The translations under genes and the position numbers were made by a program. Under the pieces are notes generated by a model. The model worked only from the letters and a program-made list of their open reading frames with translations, made no database searches and was not told the origin of the DNA. DNA of 18,567 bases from Candidatus Krumholzibacteriota bacterium. Lineage in GTDB: Bacteria; Krumholzibacteriota; Krumholzibacteriia; LZORAL124-64-63. How positions within the stretch are numbered: position 1 is the stretch's first letter; the number at the start of each line of letters is the position of its first letter. Shown here one piece after another: positions 7,965 through 16,773 of this stretch. The stretch spans positions 1 through 18,567 of the forward strand of contig JBDLKA010000072.1 of assembly GCA_039714075.1 (NCBI GenBank). The letters run 5' to 3'.

Positions 7965-10900
7965 TCAATCTTCCTCGCCCACCCGCGACGGCACCACCAG
8001 GTAGGCCGCGGGAATGACCACCAGGGTCAGCAGGGTGCTCAGGGCCAGACCGCTGGCCACGGTGATGGCCAGGGGTGAGCGCAACTCGGCACCCTCGCCC
8101 CAGGCCAGGGCCATGGGCATCAGTCCCAGGATGGTCGTCAGGGTCGTCATCAGGATCGGTCTCAATCTGATATGGCCCGCCCGGATCACGGCTTCGAGCT
8201 TGGTCGCTCCGTTCCGTCGCAGGCGGTTGATGGTGTCGATGAGCACGATGGCGTTGTTGACCACGATCCCCACCAGCATCACCGTGCCGATCAGCACAAT
8301 GACGGTGATCGGCGTGGAAGTCGCCAGCAGGCCGGCCACCACCCCGACCAGCGCCAACGGAATGGTGAACAGGACCAGGAACGGATGCAGGAACGATTCG
8401 AAGGTGGCCGCCATGACCAGGTAGACCAGGAAAATCGCCAGGCCGATGGCGAAGCGCAGACTGCCGAAGCTGACCTGCATTTCCTTGTTCTGCCCCCCGA
8501 GGTCCAGGGACAGTCCCGTGGTGCGGGGCATGCCGTCCATGATGCGCTGGACGTCGGCGACGGCCGCGCCCAGGCTGCGGCCGTCCAGGTTGGCCGAAAC
8601 CACGGCCGCCCGCTGCTGCTGGAGCCGGTGGATTTCCGCCGGCCCGCGGTCCTCCGTCACCTCGGCCACCGACAGCAGGCGCAGGGGCTCGCCGTCGGGC
8701 CCGGGCACGATGAGGTTGCGGACGTCGTTCACCGTCTGCCGATGGCTTTCCCGGTTGCGGATGCGGATGTCGATCTGCCGGTCCTGCTCCTTGAACTTGG
8801 TGGGCACCACGCCAAGGACCCTGTTTTTCAGGGTTTCGGACAGCACGCCCATGTCCAGGCCCAGGGCGGCCAGGCGCTCCCGGTCGAACACGACCTGCAG
8901 TTCGGGGTTGCCCGCTTCCAGCGAGGAGCGGACGTCGACCAGGCCGGGGACGGCATTCAGTTTCCCGGCCAATTCCAGGGAGTAGGAGCGCAGCTGGTCC
9001 AGATCATCGCCGAAGATGAGCACCTCGACCGGCGTCTTGAGACTGAAATACGAGGGCCGGCCGAACTTGATCTCCAGGTCGGGAAGGGCGGAGAAATCGC
9101 GGCGCAGCCGTTCGGCGAGGTTCACCTCACCTTCGCTGTCGGACCGGTCCTTCATCACCAGGTTCAGCTGGCCCAGGTTTTCCGCCTTGGTGTTCAGGGA
9201 CATCCCGCCGGAAACTAGCCGGCTGCCCACGGTCGCGTAGTAGCGATCCACGGCGGATTCACCTCCGGCGGCCTGTTCCATCAGTTTGACCGACCGGTCG
9301 GTGGCGGCCAGCGAGGCTCCCTCCGGCAACTTGACCTCGAAAAAGAATTCGCCTTCGCTGAGCTGCGGAATGAGCTCGGTGCCCAGCAGGCCCACGGCGG
9401 CGAGCGCGCCGAAGAAGAGGGCGAAACCGACGAGCAGGGTCAGGTATTTGAACCTGAGAGCGCCCTGGAGAAACCCGTCATAGATTCCGGAAAACCAGCC
9501 CAGGGTCCGGTCGGAAACCGGCTGCGCGGGACCCTCCGCAGCCGTGGATTCCATCAGGGCTTCGGCCACCCGGTCCGCCCGCGGCAGGCGGCCGCCCGCC
9601 GCGCTCAGCATGGGAATCACCGTCACGGCCACCACCAGGGAAGCCAGGATGCTGAAGGTGACGGTCAGGGCCTGGTCGCGGAACAACTGCCCCGCCACCC
9701 CTTCCACGAACACGATGGGCAGGAACACCGCCACGGTGGTCAAGGTGGACGCCACCACGGCGCCCCCCACTTCGGCTGTACCGTGCACCGCCGCGGCGAA
9801 CAGCAGCCGGCCTTCCTTCCTCTGGCGGTAAATGGACTCCAGCACCACGATCGAGTTGTCCACCAGCATGCCGATCCCCAGGGTCAGTCCACCCAGGGAC
9901 ATGATGTTCAGGGAGATGTCCATCTTGTACATCGCAATGAAGGTGGCGATCACCGAGATGGGAATGGAGGTGGCGATGATCAGCGTGCTGCGGGCATCCT
10001 TCAGGAACAGGAACAGGACGGTGATCGCCAACAGCCCACCGATGAGGGCGGCGTTGCGGACCTCGTCCACGGCCTGCTGGATGAACTGGGACTGGTCGAA
10101 CAACACGGTCAGGGTGGCGCCTGCGGGCAGCTTGCCGTTCTGCCATTCGGCGATCCGGTCGCGCAGGCGGCGGGCCACCGTCACGGTGTTGGCGTCGCCC
10201 TCCTTGTAAAGGGAGATCTCCACCGATTCACGCCCATTCACGCGCGTGATTTCCTCCCGTTCCCGGCTGCCCCACCGCACCGTCGCCACCTCGCCCAAGC
10301 GAACCGAAGCCCCCTCGGAGTGGACGATGATCAGGTCGGCGATTTCCTGGATGTCCTGGAACTCGTTGATGGTCCGAATGAGGTACTGGCTGTCCTGGCC
10401 GCGCAGAGCCCCTCCGGGAAGGTTCACGTTGCTGACACCGACGACCTGGCGCACACGGTCGATGGTGATGCCCAGGGCCGCCAGGCGCTCCTGGTCGACC
10501 TCGATCTGGATTTCCTCTTCCAGGCCGCCCTTGATGCCCGCCGCCGCCACGCCCTTGACGGTTTCGAAATCCTGCTTGATCTGCCGATCGGCCAGGCGGC
10601 GCAGGGTGGTCAGGTCGCTGTCGCCGGCCAGGGCCAGGCGGATGATGGGATCCAGGCTGGGATCGAAGCGCAGGACCACCGGATCGGTGGCCTCTTCCGG
10701 CATGACCAGCCGGTCGAGCATCTCGCGGACTTCCATGGACAGCAGGTCCATGTCGCTGCCCCACTCGAATTCCAGGGTGACCTCGGAAATCCCCGCGCGC
10801 GACACCGAGTGGATGGTCTGCAATCCGCGCAGAACACCCACGGCCTCCTCCACCGGACGGGTCACCAGGTTCTCGACTTCCTGGGGCGCCGTGTCGGGGA

Positions 10901-11054
10901 ATTCGGTCTGCACGGTGATCGACGGATAGGTGATGTCGGGAAACAGCTCGAGGGAAAGGCGGTTGTATCCCACCAACCCGAAAGCGATGACGGCCAGGGC
11001 CGCCATGACCACGCTGACCCGCCTGCGGACCGCCAGACTGACTATGGTCTGCAT
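7965..11054 (-). CDS. RND efflux transporter permease subunit (AcrB/AcrD/AcrF family), first of a pair
   Basis: 1029 aa; ELFPDI, APQEVENLVTRPVEE, SLNIMSLGGL..GMLVDNSIVVLE, GIVVNNAIVL, RLRPILMTTLTT, GEGAELRSPLA. Confidence 0.95.
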   Translation of the reverse strand: MQTIVSLAVRRRVSVVMAALAVIAFGLVGYNRLSLELFPDITYPSITVQTEFPDTAPQEVENLVTRPVEEAVGVLRGLQTIHSVSRAGISEVTLEFEWGSDMDLLSMEVREMLDRLVMPEEATDPVVLRFDPSLDPIIRLALAGDSDLTTLRRLADRQIKQDFETVKGVAAAGIKGGLEEEIQIEVDQERLAALGITIDRVRQVVGVSNVNLPGGALRGQDSQYLIRTINEFQDIQEIADLIIVHSEGASVRLGEVATVRWGSREREEITRVNGRESVEISLYKEGDANTVTVARRLRDRIAEWQNGKLPAGATLTVLFDQSQFIQQAVDEVRNAALIGGLLAITVLFLFLKDARSTLIIATSIPISVIATFIAMYKMDISLNIMSLGGLTLGIGMLVDNSIVVLESIYRQRKEGRLLFAAAVHGTAEVGGAVVASTLTTVAVFLPIVFVEGVAGQLFRDQALTVTFSILASLVVAVTVIPMLSAAGGRLPRADRVAEALMESTAAEGPAQPVSDRTLGWFSGIYDGFLQGALRFKYLTLLVGFALFFGALAAVGLLGTELIPQLSEGEFFFEVKLPEGASLAATDRSVKLMEQAAGGESAVDRYYATVGSRLVSGGMSLNTKAENLGQLNLVMKDRSDSEGEVNLAERLRRDFSALPDLEIKFGRPSYFSLKTPVEVLIFGDDLDQLRSYSLELAGKLNAVPGLVDVRSSLEAGNPELQVVFDRERLAALGLDMGVLSETLKNRVLGVVPTKFKEQDRQIDIRIRNRESHRQTVNDVRNLIVPGPDGEPLRLLSVAEVTEDRGPAEIHRLQQQRAAVVSANLDGRSLGAAVADVQRIMDGMPRTTGLSLDLGGQNKEMQVSFGSLRFAIGLAIFLVYLVMAATFESFLHPFLVLFTIPLALVGVVAGLLATSTPITVIVLIGTVMLVGIVVNNAIVLIDTINRLRRNGATKLEAVIRAGHIRLRPILMTTLTTILGLMPMALAWGEGAELRSPLAITVASGLALSTLLTLVVIPAAYLVVPSRVGEED

Positions 11055-12232
11055 CAGCGGCCCGCTCCCGACTCGTCCTCGAGGATCTTCAGCGGCGACC
11101 CGTTCTTGAGGGATCGCTGGCCCTTGACGACCACGGTTTCGTCCAGAGCCAGGCCCGACAGGATCTGGGCCTGTTCATCGTCGGTGAACCCCACCTCGAC
11201 GATGCGCCGTTCGGCGGTGGGTTCGGAATCGGGTTTTTCACCCGCAACAACGGTGTAGACCACCGACTCACCCTTGTCGGTCAGGACCGCGATGCGGGGC
11301 ACCAGCGCAACGCCGTCGCGCTTCTCGGTCACGATCTGCACCTGGGCGAAATCACCCGGCCGGGTCTGTTCCGGGTATTCCGGCACCTCGATGGTGAGCT
11401 TGATGGTTCCACTGGTCGGGTCGATGACCGGGCTGACCAGCTTGATGCGGCCGGCCAGCCGGGCCCCCGTGCTGTCCAGGACCAGGTTGACCGCCTGATC
11501 GGCCTGGAGCTTCCTGAATTCTCGGCTGGGCACATGGACCCGCGCCAGCAGGGGATCGAAATCGGCCATGACCATCACCGCGTCGCCCACAGTCAGATTC
11601 TGACCTACATCCACCAGACGGCTGGTGACGCGGCCGCTGAAGGGCGCGGTGACGGTGGTGTGCGACAGGGCCAGCCGGGCCAGGCCCTCGTCGGCCTCGG
11701 CGCTGGCCAGCTCGCTGCGGACCGCCTGGAATTCCTCCTCGGTGGCCAGCTCTTCCTTCATCATCAATTCCATCCGCTCGAACCGCGAGCGGGTGTTCGC
11801 CGTAGCGGCGGCGGCCTGTTCCAGTCGATAGCGGTACTCGTCGTTGTCCACCTTGAGCAGCGGATCGCCGGCGTCGACAAAGTCCCCTTCCTCGACCAGG
11901 AGCGTTTCCACGACACCGGTCGCCCGGGCCAGAATCTGGGCTTCCTTTTCGGCCTCGAGGGTGGCCGTGGCCCGGTAGTAACTGGAGATGGAACCGCTGA
12001 CCACCCGGGTTACGGCGACGGGAATGGCCGGTTGGGCGGGCCGCCCGCCCGGCTTGTGGCCCTGTCCGTGGTTGCCGGCGCCGGGGCCGTGACCCTGGCC
12101 GCCCGGGGCCGCCTGATCGCCACCGGAATCCCCACATCCACCGCTTCCGGTCAGGAAAACCAGCGACAACAACATCAACAGCACCGGAATACAACTTGGG
12201 CCGCCTCTTCGGATCCAGGCCATCTTTCCCAT
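11054..12232 (-). CDS. RND efflux periplasmic adaptor (membrane fusion protein), probable lipoprotein
   Basis: Basic N-terminus, hydrophobic stretch and GSGGC; lipoyl half-motifs GVVETLLVEEGDFVDAGDPL and TVTAPFSGRV; ISP-like VSPVIDPTSGT; C-terminal ILSGL..DETVVVKG. Its TGA overlaps the ATG of the next gene by 1 nt. Start is 12232 or 12223. Confidence 0.93.
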   Translation of the reverse strand: MGKMAWIRRGGPSCIPVLLMLLSLVFLTGSGGCGDSGGDQAAPGGQGHGPGAGNHGQGHKPGGRPAQPAIPVAVTRVVSGSISSYYRATATLEAEKEAQILARATGVVETLLVEEGDFVDAGDPLLKVDNDEYRYRLEQAAAATANTRSRFERMELMMKEELATEEEFQAVRSELASAEADEGLARLALSHTTVTAPFSGRVTSRLVDVGQNLTVGDAVMVMADFDPLLARVHVPSREFRKLQADQAVNLVLDSTGARLAGRIKLVSPVIDPTSGTIKLTIEVPEYPEQTRPGDFAQVQIVTEKRDGVALVPRIAVLTDKGESVVYTVVAGEKPDSEPTAERRIVEVGFTDDEQAQILSGLALDETVVVKGQRSLKNGSPLKILEDESGAGR

Positions 12233-12361
12233 TCCCTTTCATCCCAACATGGTGATAAACAAGACCGGCAAGGCCGGCCGAATTGATCATATACGTGATT
12301 CAACCACCTAAGATTCCTGTATTTCCGCGAAGTGGCAAGTTCAAACCCGGTTGTTGGTTAA

Positions 12362-12390
12362 TTGACGGCCGCAAATCCACCTTTTATTAT
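12362..12390 (+). promoter_or_regulatory. Sigma70-type promoter for etfBA
   Basis: TTGACG (12362-12367), a 17-nt spacer, then TATTAT (12385-12390), in the AT-rich divergent intergenic region. GGAGG RBS at 12451-12455 precedes ATG 12460. Confidence 0.75.
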
Positions 12391-12459
12391 GGAGGCACGA
12401 ATATTCCCAGTCCCCCATTTGCAACCTGAACGGGGCGCGGACCGCCCCTGGGAGGAACC

Positions 12460-13239
12460 ATGAAAATAGCGGTATGTGTCAAGCAGGTTCCCGATTCGGA
12501 AACCAGGATCAATCTGGCCGCGCCCGCCGCCGAGCTGGACGAATCCGGATTCACGCGGGTCCTGAATCCCTACGACGCCTACGCCGTCGAGGAAGCGGTC
12601 AAGATCAAGGAAGCCGGTGGCGAGGTCGAAGTGACGGCCATCACCATTGGTCCCGAGACCGTCAAGGAAACCCTCAAGAAGGACTGCCTGGCCGTGGGCT
12701 GCGACAAGGCCGTGATCATCACCGATCCCGCCCTGGACGGAGCCGACGAGACCGCCCTGTCCACCGTTCTGACCGCCGCCCTGGGCCGCGATTCCTATGA
12801 CCTGGTCCTGTTCGGCATCAAGGCCATCGACGACGACAGCGGACAGATCGGCATCATGGTGGCCGAAAAGATGGGACTGCCCCACGTTTCGACCATCACC
12901 CATCTGGAACTGGGCGACGGTTCCCTGACCGCCCACCGGGAAATCGAAGGCGGCAAGGAGATCGTTACCGCGGCGATGCCCGCGGTGCTGACCTGCCAGA
13001 AGGGGCTGAACGAACCCCGCCTGCCGAGCCTGCCCAACATCATGAAGGCCGGCATGAAGCCCATGGAGACGCTGACCTGCGCGGACCTGGGTATCGAAGT
13101 CCCGGCCAGCCTGGTCGAGATCAAGCTCTACTCCCCGCCCCCGGCGCGGGCCGAATGCAAACTGGTGGAGGCCGAAGAACCGGCCGCCGCCGCCCATGAA
13201 CTGGCCCGCCTGCTTCATGAAGAAGCCAAGGTGATTTAA
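12460..13239 (+). CDS. etfB: Electron transfer flavoprotein beta subunit
   Basis: MKIAVCVKQVPD, NPYDAYAVEEA, GIKAIDDDSGQIG, REIEGG, NEPRLPSLPNIMKA; strong RBS. Confidence 0.97.
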   Translation: MKIAVCVKQVPDSETRINLAAPAAELDESGFTRVLNPYDAYAVEEAVKIKEAGGEVEVTAITIGPETVKETLKKDCLAVGCDKAVIITDPALDGADETALSTVLTAALGRDSYDLVLFGIKAIDDDSGQIGIMVAEKMGLPHVSTITHLELGDGSLTAHREIEGGKEIVTAAMPAVLTCQKGLNEPRLPSLPNIMKAGMKPMETLTCADLGIEVPASLVEIKLYSPPPARAECKLVEAEEPAAAAHELARLLHEEAKVI

Positions 13240-13283
13240 GCCCTGCGTTTTCAACCCGGCCCATGGCCGAGGGGAGTTTCGAC

Positions 13284-14255
13284 ATGCCGAACATTGCCGT
13301 ATTCATCGAACAGCGGGACGGCGCCCTGAAGAAGGTCGCCTGGCAGATGGTGAGTGAAGCCCGCCGGATCGCCGACGCCGCCGGCGGCGAAGTGTGGGGC
13401 GTTTTCCTGGGCGCCGATGCGTCCGCCGCCACCGCCGAAGCCGGAAAGTACGGAGCCGACAAGGTCTTCTCCGCCACCGGCGAGGAATTCAACCAGTACA
13501 ACAGCGAAATCTACGGAACGGCCCTGGCGGCTTTCTGCAAGTCCGCCGGTCCGGATATCCTGCTCCTGGGCTCGACCGCCATGGGCAAGGACCTCGGTCC
13601 CAAGGTCGCCGCCAAGCTGGAATGCGCGTGCATCAGCGACGCGGTGGGCCTGAAGTACGAAGGCGGCTGGGAAGTGCGGCGGCCCATCTTCGCGGGCAAG
13701 TGCTTCGCCGATGTGGCCCCCAAATCGGCCATGGCCGTGGTGGGCATCCGCCCGAACGCCTTCATTCTCGAGGAAAAGAACGCCCCCGCGGCGGGCGAGA
13801 CCTTTGACGCGGGCACCGCCGGGATCGATCCCAAGGCCGTGGTCGGCAGCATCGAGTCGGGCGACGGCGGCAAGATCGAACTGACCGAGGCCGAGACCAT
13901 CGTCTCGGGCGGCCGCGGCATCAAGGGCCCGGAGAACTACGAGTTGATCGAGAAACTTGCCGACACCCTGGGCGCCGCCGCCGGCGCGAGCCGGGCCGTC
14001 GTCGACGCCGGCTGGGTGGACTACTCCCACCAGGTCGGCCAGACCGGCAAGACCGTCGGTCCGAACCTGTACATCGCCTGCGGCATCAGCGGCGCCATCC
14101 AGCATCTGGCGGGCATGAGCAGCAGCAAGTGCATCGTGGCCATCAACAAGGACGCCAACGCCCCCATCTTCAAGGTGGCGGACTACGGCGTGGTCGCGGA
14201 TCTGTTCGATATCGTGCCGGCCCTGACGGACGAGATCGGCAAGATCAGGAGTTGA
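13284..14255 (+). CDS. etfA: Electron transfer flavoprotein alpha subunit
   Basis: [67 protein letters not shown]. Start placed at ATG 13284 (GGGAG RBS at 13272-13276) rather than 13263. Confidence 0.97.
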   Translation: MPNIAVFIEQRDGALKKVAWQMVSEARRIADAAGGEVWGVFLGADASAATAEAGKYGADKVFSATGEEFNQYNSEIYGTALAAFCKSAGPDILLLGSTAMGKDLGPKVAAKLECACISDAVGLKYEGGWEVRRPIFAGKCFADVAPKSAMAVVGIRPNAFILEEKNAPAAGETFDAGTAGIDPKAVVGSIESGDGGKIELTEAETIVSGGRGIKGPENYELIEKLADTLGAAAGASRAVVDAGWVDYSHQVGQTGKTVGPNLYIACGISGAIQHLAGMSSSKCIVAINKDANAPIFKVADYGVVADLFDIVPALTDEIGKIRS

Positions 14256-14274
14256 CTCCCACTTCGGGATAACC

Positions 14275-14308
14275 GGCTGCCCCGCCCTCGGGCGGGGTGG
14301 TCTGTTTA
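14275..14308 (+). terminator. Probable intrinsic terminator after etfA
   Basis: GGCTGCCCCGCC-ctcg-GGCGGGGTGGTC stem (with G-U pairs) followed by TGTTTA. Confidence 0.6.
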
Positions 14309-14338
14309 ATCAGGCTGGCATCAGACAGAGGCGACACC

Positions 14339-14881
14339 ATGCCGGAAACCCCAACCCGACGCGTCATGCAGGCCACCTGGAACTGGCAGTCCCGCGAGGA
14401 CGCCGTTCCCGGAGGGCCGGCCGGCCAACTCCGCCGTGGCGCCCTGATCCAGGCCGTGGTGATGGGTCTCATCGCGGCGTTTCTGTTTTTCGGCCTCCAT
14501 CATCATCTGCTGGCCCGCGTCATCTGGGCCCTGGCCGGCCTAGTGCTGATCCTGGGGCTGGTCTTTCCACCGGCCTACCGCCCCATCCACACTTTCGGCC
14601 GCTGGTTGGGCAGCGTGGTCGGCCAAGGCCTGACCTATCTGCTGCTGGTCCCCTTTTTCTTCCTCTTCTTCACGCCGGTGTCCCTGATCCTGCGCCTGCA
14701 GGGCCGCGACCCGCTGCATCGCGGTTTCCGCGATCCCCAATGGACCTACTGGATCGCCCGTTCGCAAAAGTCGCGGGAAGAAAACATCGACAGGCAGTTC
14801 CTGCGCGAGGAACGGGAAGGCCGGAAACAACTGCGCCCCGTCGGTGAGGCGGCCGGTGGACAAGGGACGGACCGGCCATGA
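14339..14881 (+). CDS. SxtJ-family membrane protein
   Basis: About three hydrophobic segments, then FFFLFFTPVSLILRLQGRDPL and TYWIAR, the TP..R..G.DPL/YWI pattern I recall for SxtJ-like proteins. ATG 14339 has a GAGG RBS. An ATGA overlap couples it to the carbamoyltransferase. Confidence 0.8.
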   Translation: MPETPTRRVMQATWNWQSREDAVPGGPAGQLRRGALIQAVVMGLIAAFLFFGLHHHLLARVIWALAGLVLILGLVFPPAYRPIHTFGRWLGSVVGQGLTYLLLVPFFFLFFTPVSLILRLQGRDPLHRGFRDPQWTYWIARSQKSREENIDRQFLREEREGRKQLRPVGEAAGGQGTDRP

Positions 14882-16713
14882 ACATCCTCGGCATCTCCGC
14901 CTACTACCACGATTCTGCCGCCTGCCTGGTCCAGGACGGAATCGTGACCGCGGCCGCCCAGGAGGAACGGTTCACACGGCGCAAACACGACTCGGCTTTC
15001 CCCGTAAACGCGGTCCGTTACTGCCTGGCCGAGGGCGGGATCGCCAAGGACGGCCTCGACGCGGTGGTCTTCTACGACAAGCCCCTGACCAAGTTCGGGC
15101 GCATCGCCAAAACCTATTTTTCGGTGGCGCCCCGGGGATTGCGTCCGTTCCTGATGGCCATCCCCCTGTGGCTGCAGGAAAAACTGTGGATCCCCACCGA
15201 CATCGAGAAAGCCCTGCGTGACGCCGGCGGCGGGCGGGCGAAACATCTCTACTTCGCGGAACATCACGAATCGCACGCGGCCAGCGCCTTTTTTCCCAGC
15301 CCTTACCAGAGCGCGGCCGTCCTGACAATGGACGGGGTCGGCGAATGGGCCACCACTTCGGTGGGCCACGGAACCGGCAACCGGGTGGACATCCTGGAGG
15401 AACTGCATTTCCCCCACTCGCTGGGGCTGCTCTATTCGGCCTTCACGTACTTCACCGGTTTCCGGGTCAACTCCGGGGAATACAAGCTGATGGGGCTGGC
15501 GCCCTACGGCGAGCCGAAATTCGTCGACCGGATTCTTGACAACCTCGTCGACATCCGCGACGACGGCTCGTTCCGGCTGAACATGGACTATTTCGGCTAC
15601 CATGACGGCCTGACCATGACCAACGAGCGTTTCGCCCGGTTGTTCGACGGCCCCGCCCGGGCCCCGGAAACCGACATGTCCCGGCGCGAAATGGACCTGG
15701 CCCGTTCGGTCCAGGTGGTCACCGAGGAAATCGTCCTGAAGCAGGTCGCGCACGCGGCCCGGGTGACCGGGGAAAAGAACCTCTGTCTGGCCGGTGGCGT
15801 GGCCCTGAATTGCGTGGCCAACGGCCGCATCCTGCGCGAGAGCTCATTTGAAAACGTCTGGATCCAGCCCGCGGCCGGCGACGCCGGCGGCGCCCTGGGT
15901 GCGGCCCTGCACGTCTGGCACCAGGTGCAGGACAACCCCCGCCGGGTCGACGGGAAAACCGACGCCATGGACGGGGCCTACCTGGGTCCGGCCTATCCCG
16001 ACGACGAGATCCGCGAGTGGCTCGACCATCAGGGCTATCCCTACCGGACGCTGGACGACGGCGATCTGGAAAACGAGGTGGCCCGGCTGATAGACGAGCA
16101 GAACGTCCTGGGACTGTTCCAGGGCCGCATGGAGTTCGGTCCGCGGGCCCTGGGCAACCGTTCCATCGTCGGTGATGCCCGCTCGTCGAAAATGCAGTCG
16201 GTCCTCAACCTGAAGATCAAGTACCGGGAATCGTTCCGGCCGTTTGCGCCTTCCTGCATGGAAGAAAGGATCGGGGACTTTTTCGACATCGACCGCCCCA
16301 GTCCCTACATGCTGCTGGTGGCCCAGGTCCGGCCCGACCGCTGCCTGCCGCCTGAAGACTCCGACGACGGCACCGACCTCTACAAGCGTGTTTCCCGGCC
16401 CCGGTCCGATGTCCCGGCCATCACCCACGTGGACTATTCGGCCCGCATCCAGTCGGTCAGCGGACAGACCAACCCCCGCTATCACCGGATCATCCGGGCC
16501 TTCGAGGAAAGGACCGGATACGGGATCATCATCAACACGTCGTTCAACGTGCGCGGCGAGCCCATCGTCTGCACCCCCGAAGACGCCTACCGCTGCTTCA
16601 TGCGGACGGAGATGGATTTCCTGGTCCTGGGGAACCACATTCTGGATAAATCGGCCCAACCGGCCATGGAAATGGCCAAAGAGGCCTGGCAGGAAGAATT
16701 CCCGCTGGATTGA
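14878..16713 (+). CDS. O-carbamoyltransferase (NodU/CmcH/TobZ family, SxtI-like)
   Basis: ILGISAYYHDSAA, EERFTRRKHD, HHESHA (Kae1-like metal site), DGVGE, EYKLMGLAPYG, GGVALNC, AGDAG, EFGPRALGNRS, KYRESFRPFAP, HVDYSARIQSV, NTSFNVRGEPIV. Confidence 0.96.
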   Translation: MNILGISAYYHDSAACLVQDGIVTAAAQEERFTRRKHDSAFPVNAVRYCLAEGGIAKDGLDAVVFYDKPLTKFGRIAKTYFSVAPRGLRPFLMAIPLWLQEKLWIPTDIEKALRDAGGGRAKHLYFAEHHESHAASAFFPSPYQSAAVLTMDGVGEWATTSVGHGTGNRVDILEELHFPHSLGLLYSAFTYFTGFRVNSGEYKLMGLAPYGEPKFVDRILDNLVDIRDDGSFRLNMDYFGYHDGLTMTNERFARLFDGPARAPETDMSRREMDLARSVQVVTEEIVLKQVAHAARVTGEKNLCLAGGVALNCVANGRILRESSFENVWIQPAAGDAGGALGAALHVWHQVQDNPRRVDGKTDAMDGAYLGPAYPDDEIREWLDHQGYPYRTLDDGDLENEVARLIDEQNVLGLFQGRMEFGPRALGNRSIVGDARSSKMQSVLNLKIKYRESFRPFAPSCMEERIGDFFDIDRPSPYMLLVAQVRPDRCLPPEDSDDGTDLYKRVSRPRSDVPAITHVDYSARIQSVSGQTNPRYHRIIRAFEERTGYGIIINTSFNVRGEPIVCTPEDAYRCFMRTEMDFLVLGNHILDKSAQPAMEMAKEAWQEEFPLD

Positions 16714-16773
16714 CATACCGCGGGCCGCGCATGATCTTGGCGGCACACCCCGGATGAAAAGGACAAGGATCGC

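Noticed and set aside
12283..12303. FNR/CRP-like box TTGATCATATACGTGATTCAA
   Set aside because: Half-site spacing does not fit TTGAT-N4-ATCAA and the dyad is imperfect. It could still be a binding site but cannot be supported.
12460..14255. Electron-bifurcating ETF or FixAB
   Set aside because: EtfB has the DDD-type motif rather than DGDTAQVG, and there is no fixCX or acyl-CoA dehydrogenase adjacent. This is motif-level judgement only.
14297..14338. ORF-track N-terminal extensions (14297 for sxtJ, 13263 for etfA, 17704 for the CHI-like gene)
   Set aside because: Downstream ATGs (14339, 13284, 17632) have proper RBSs. The extensions overlap a terminator hairpin, lack an RBS, or precede the signal peptide.
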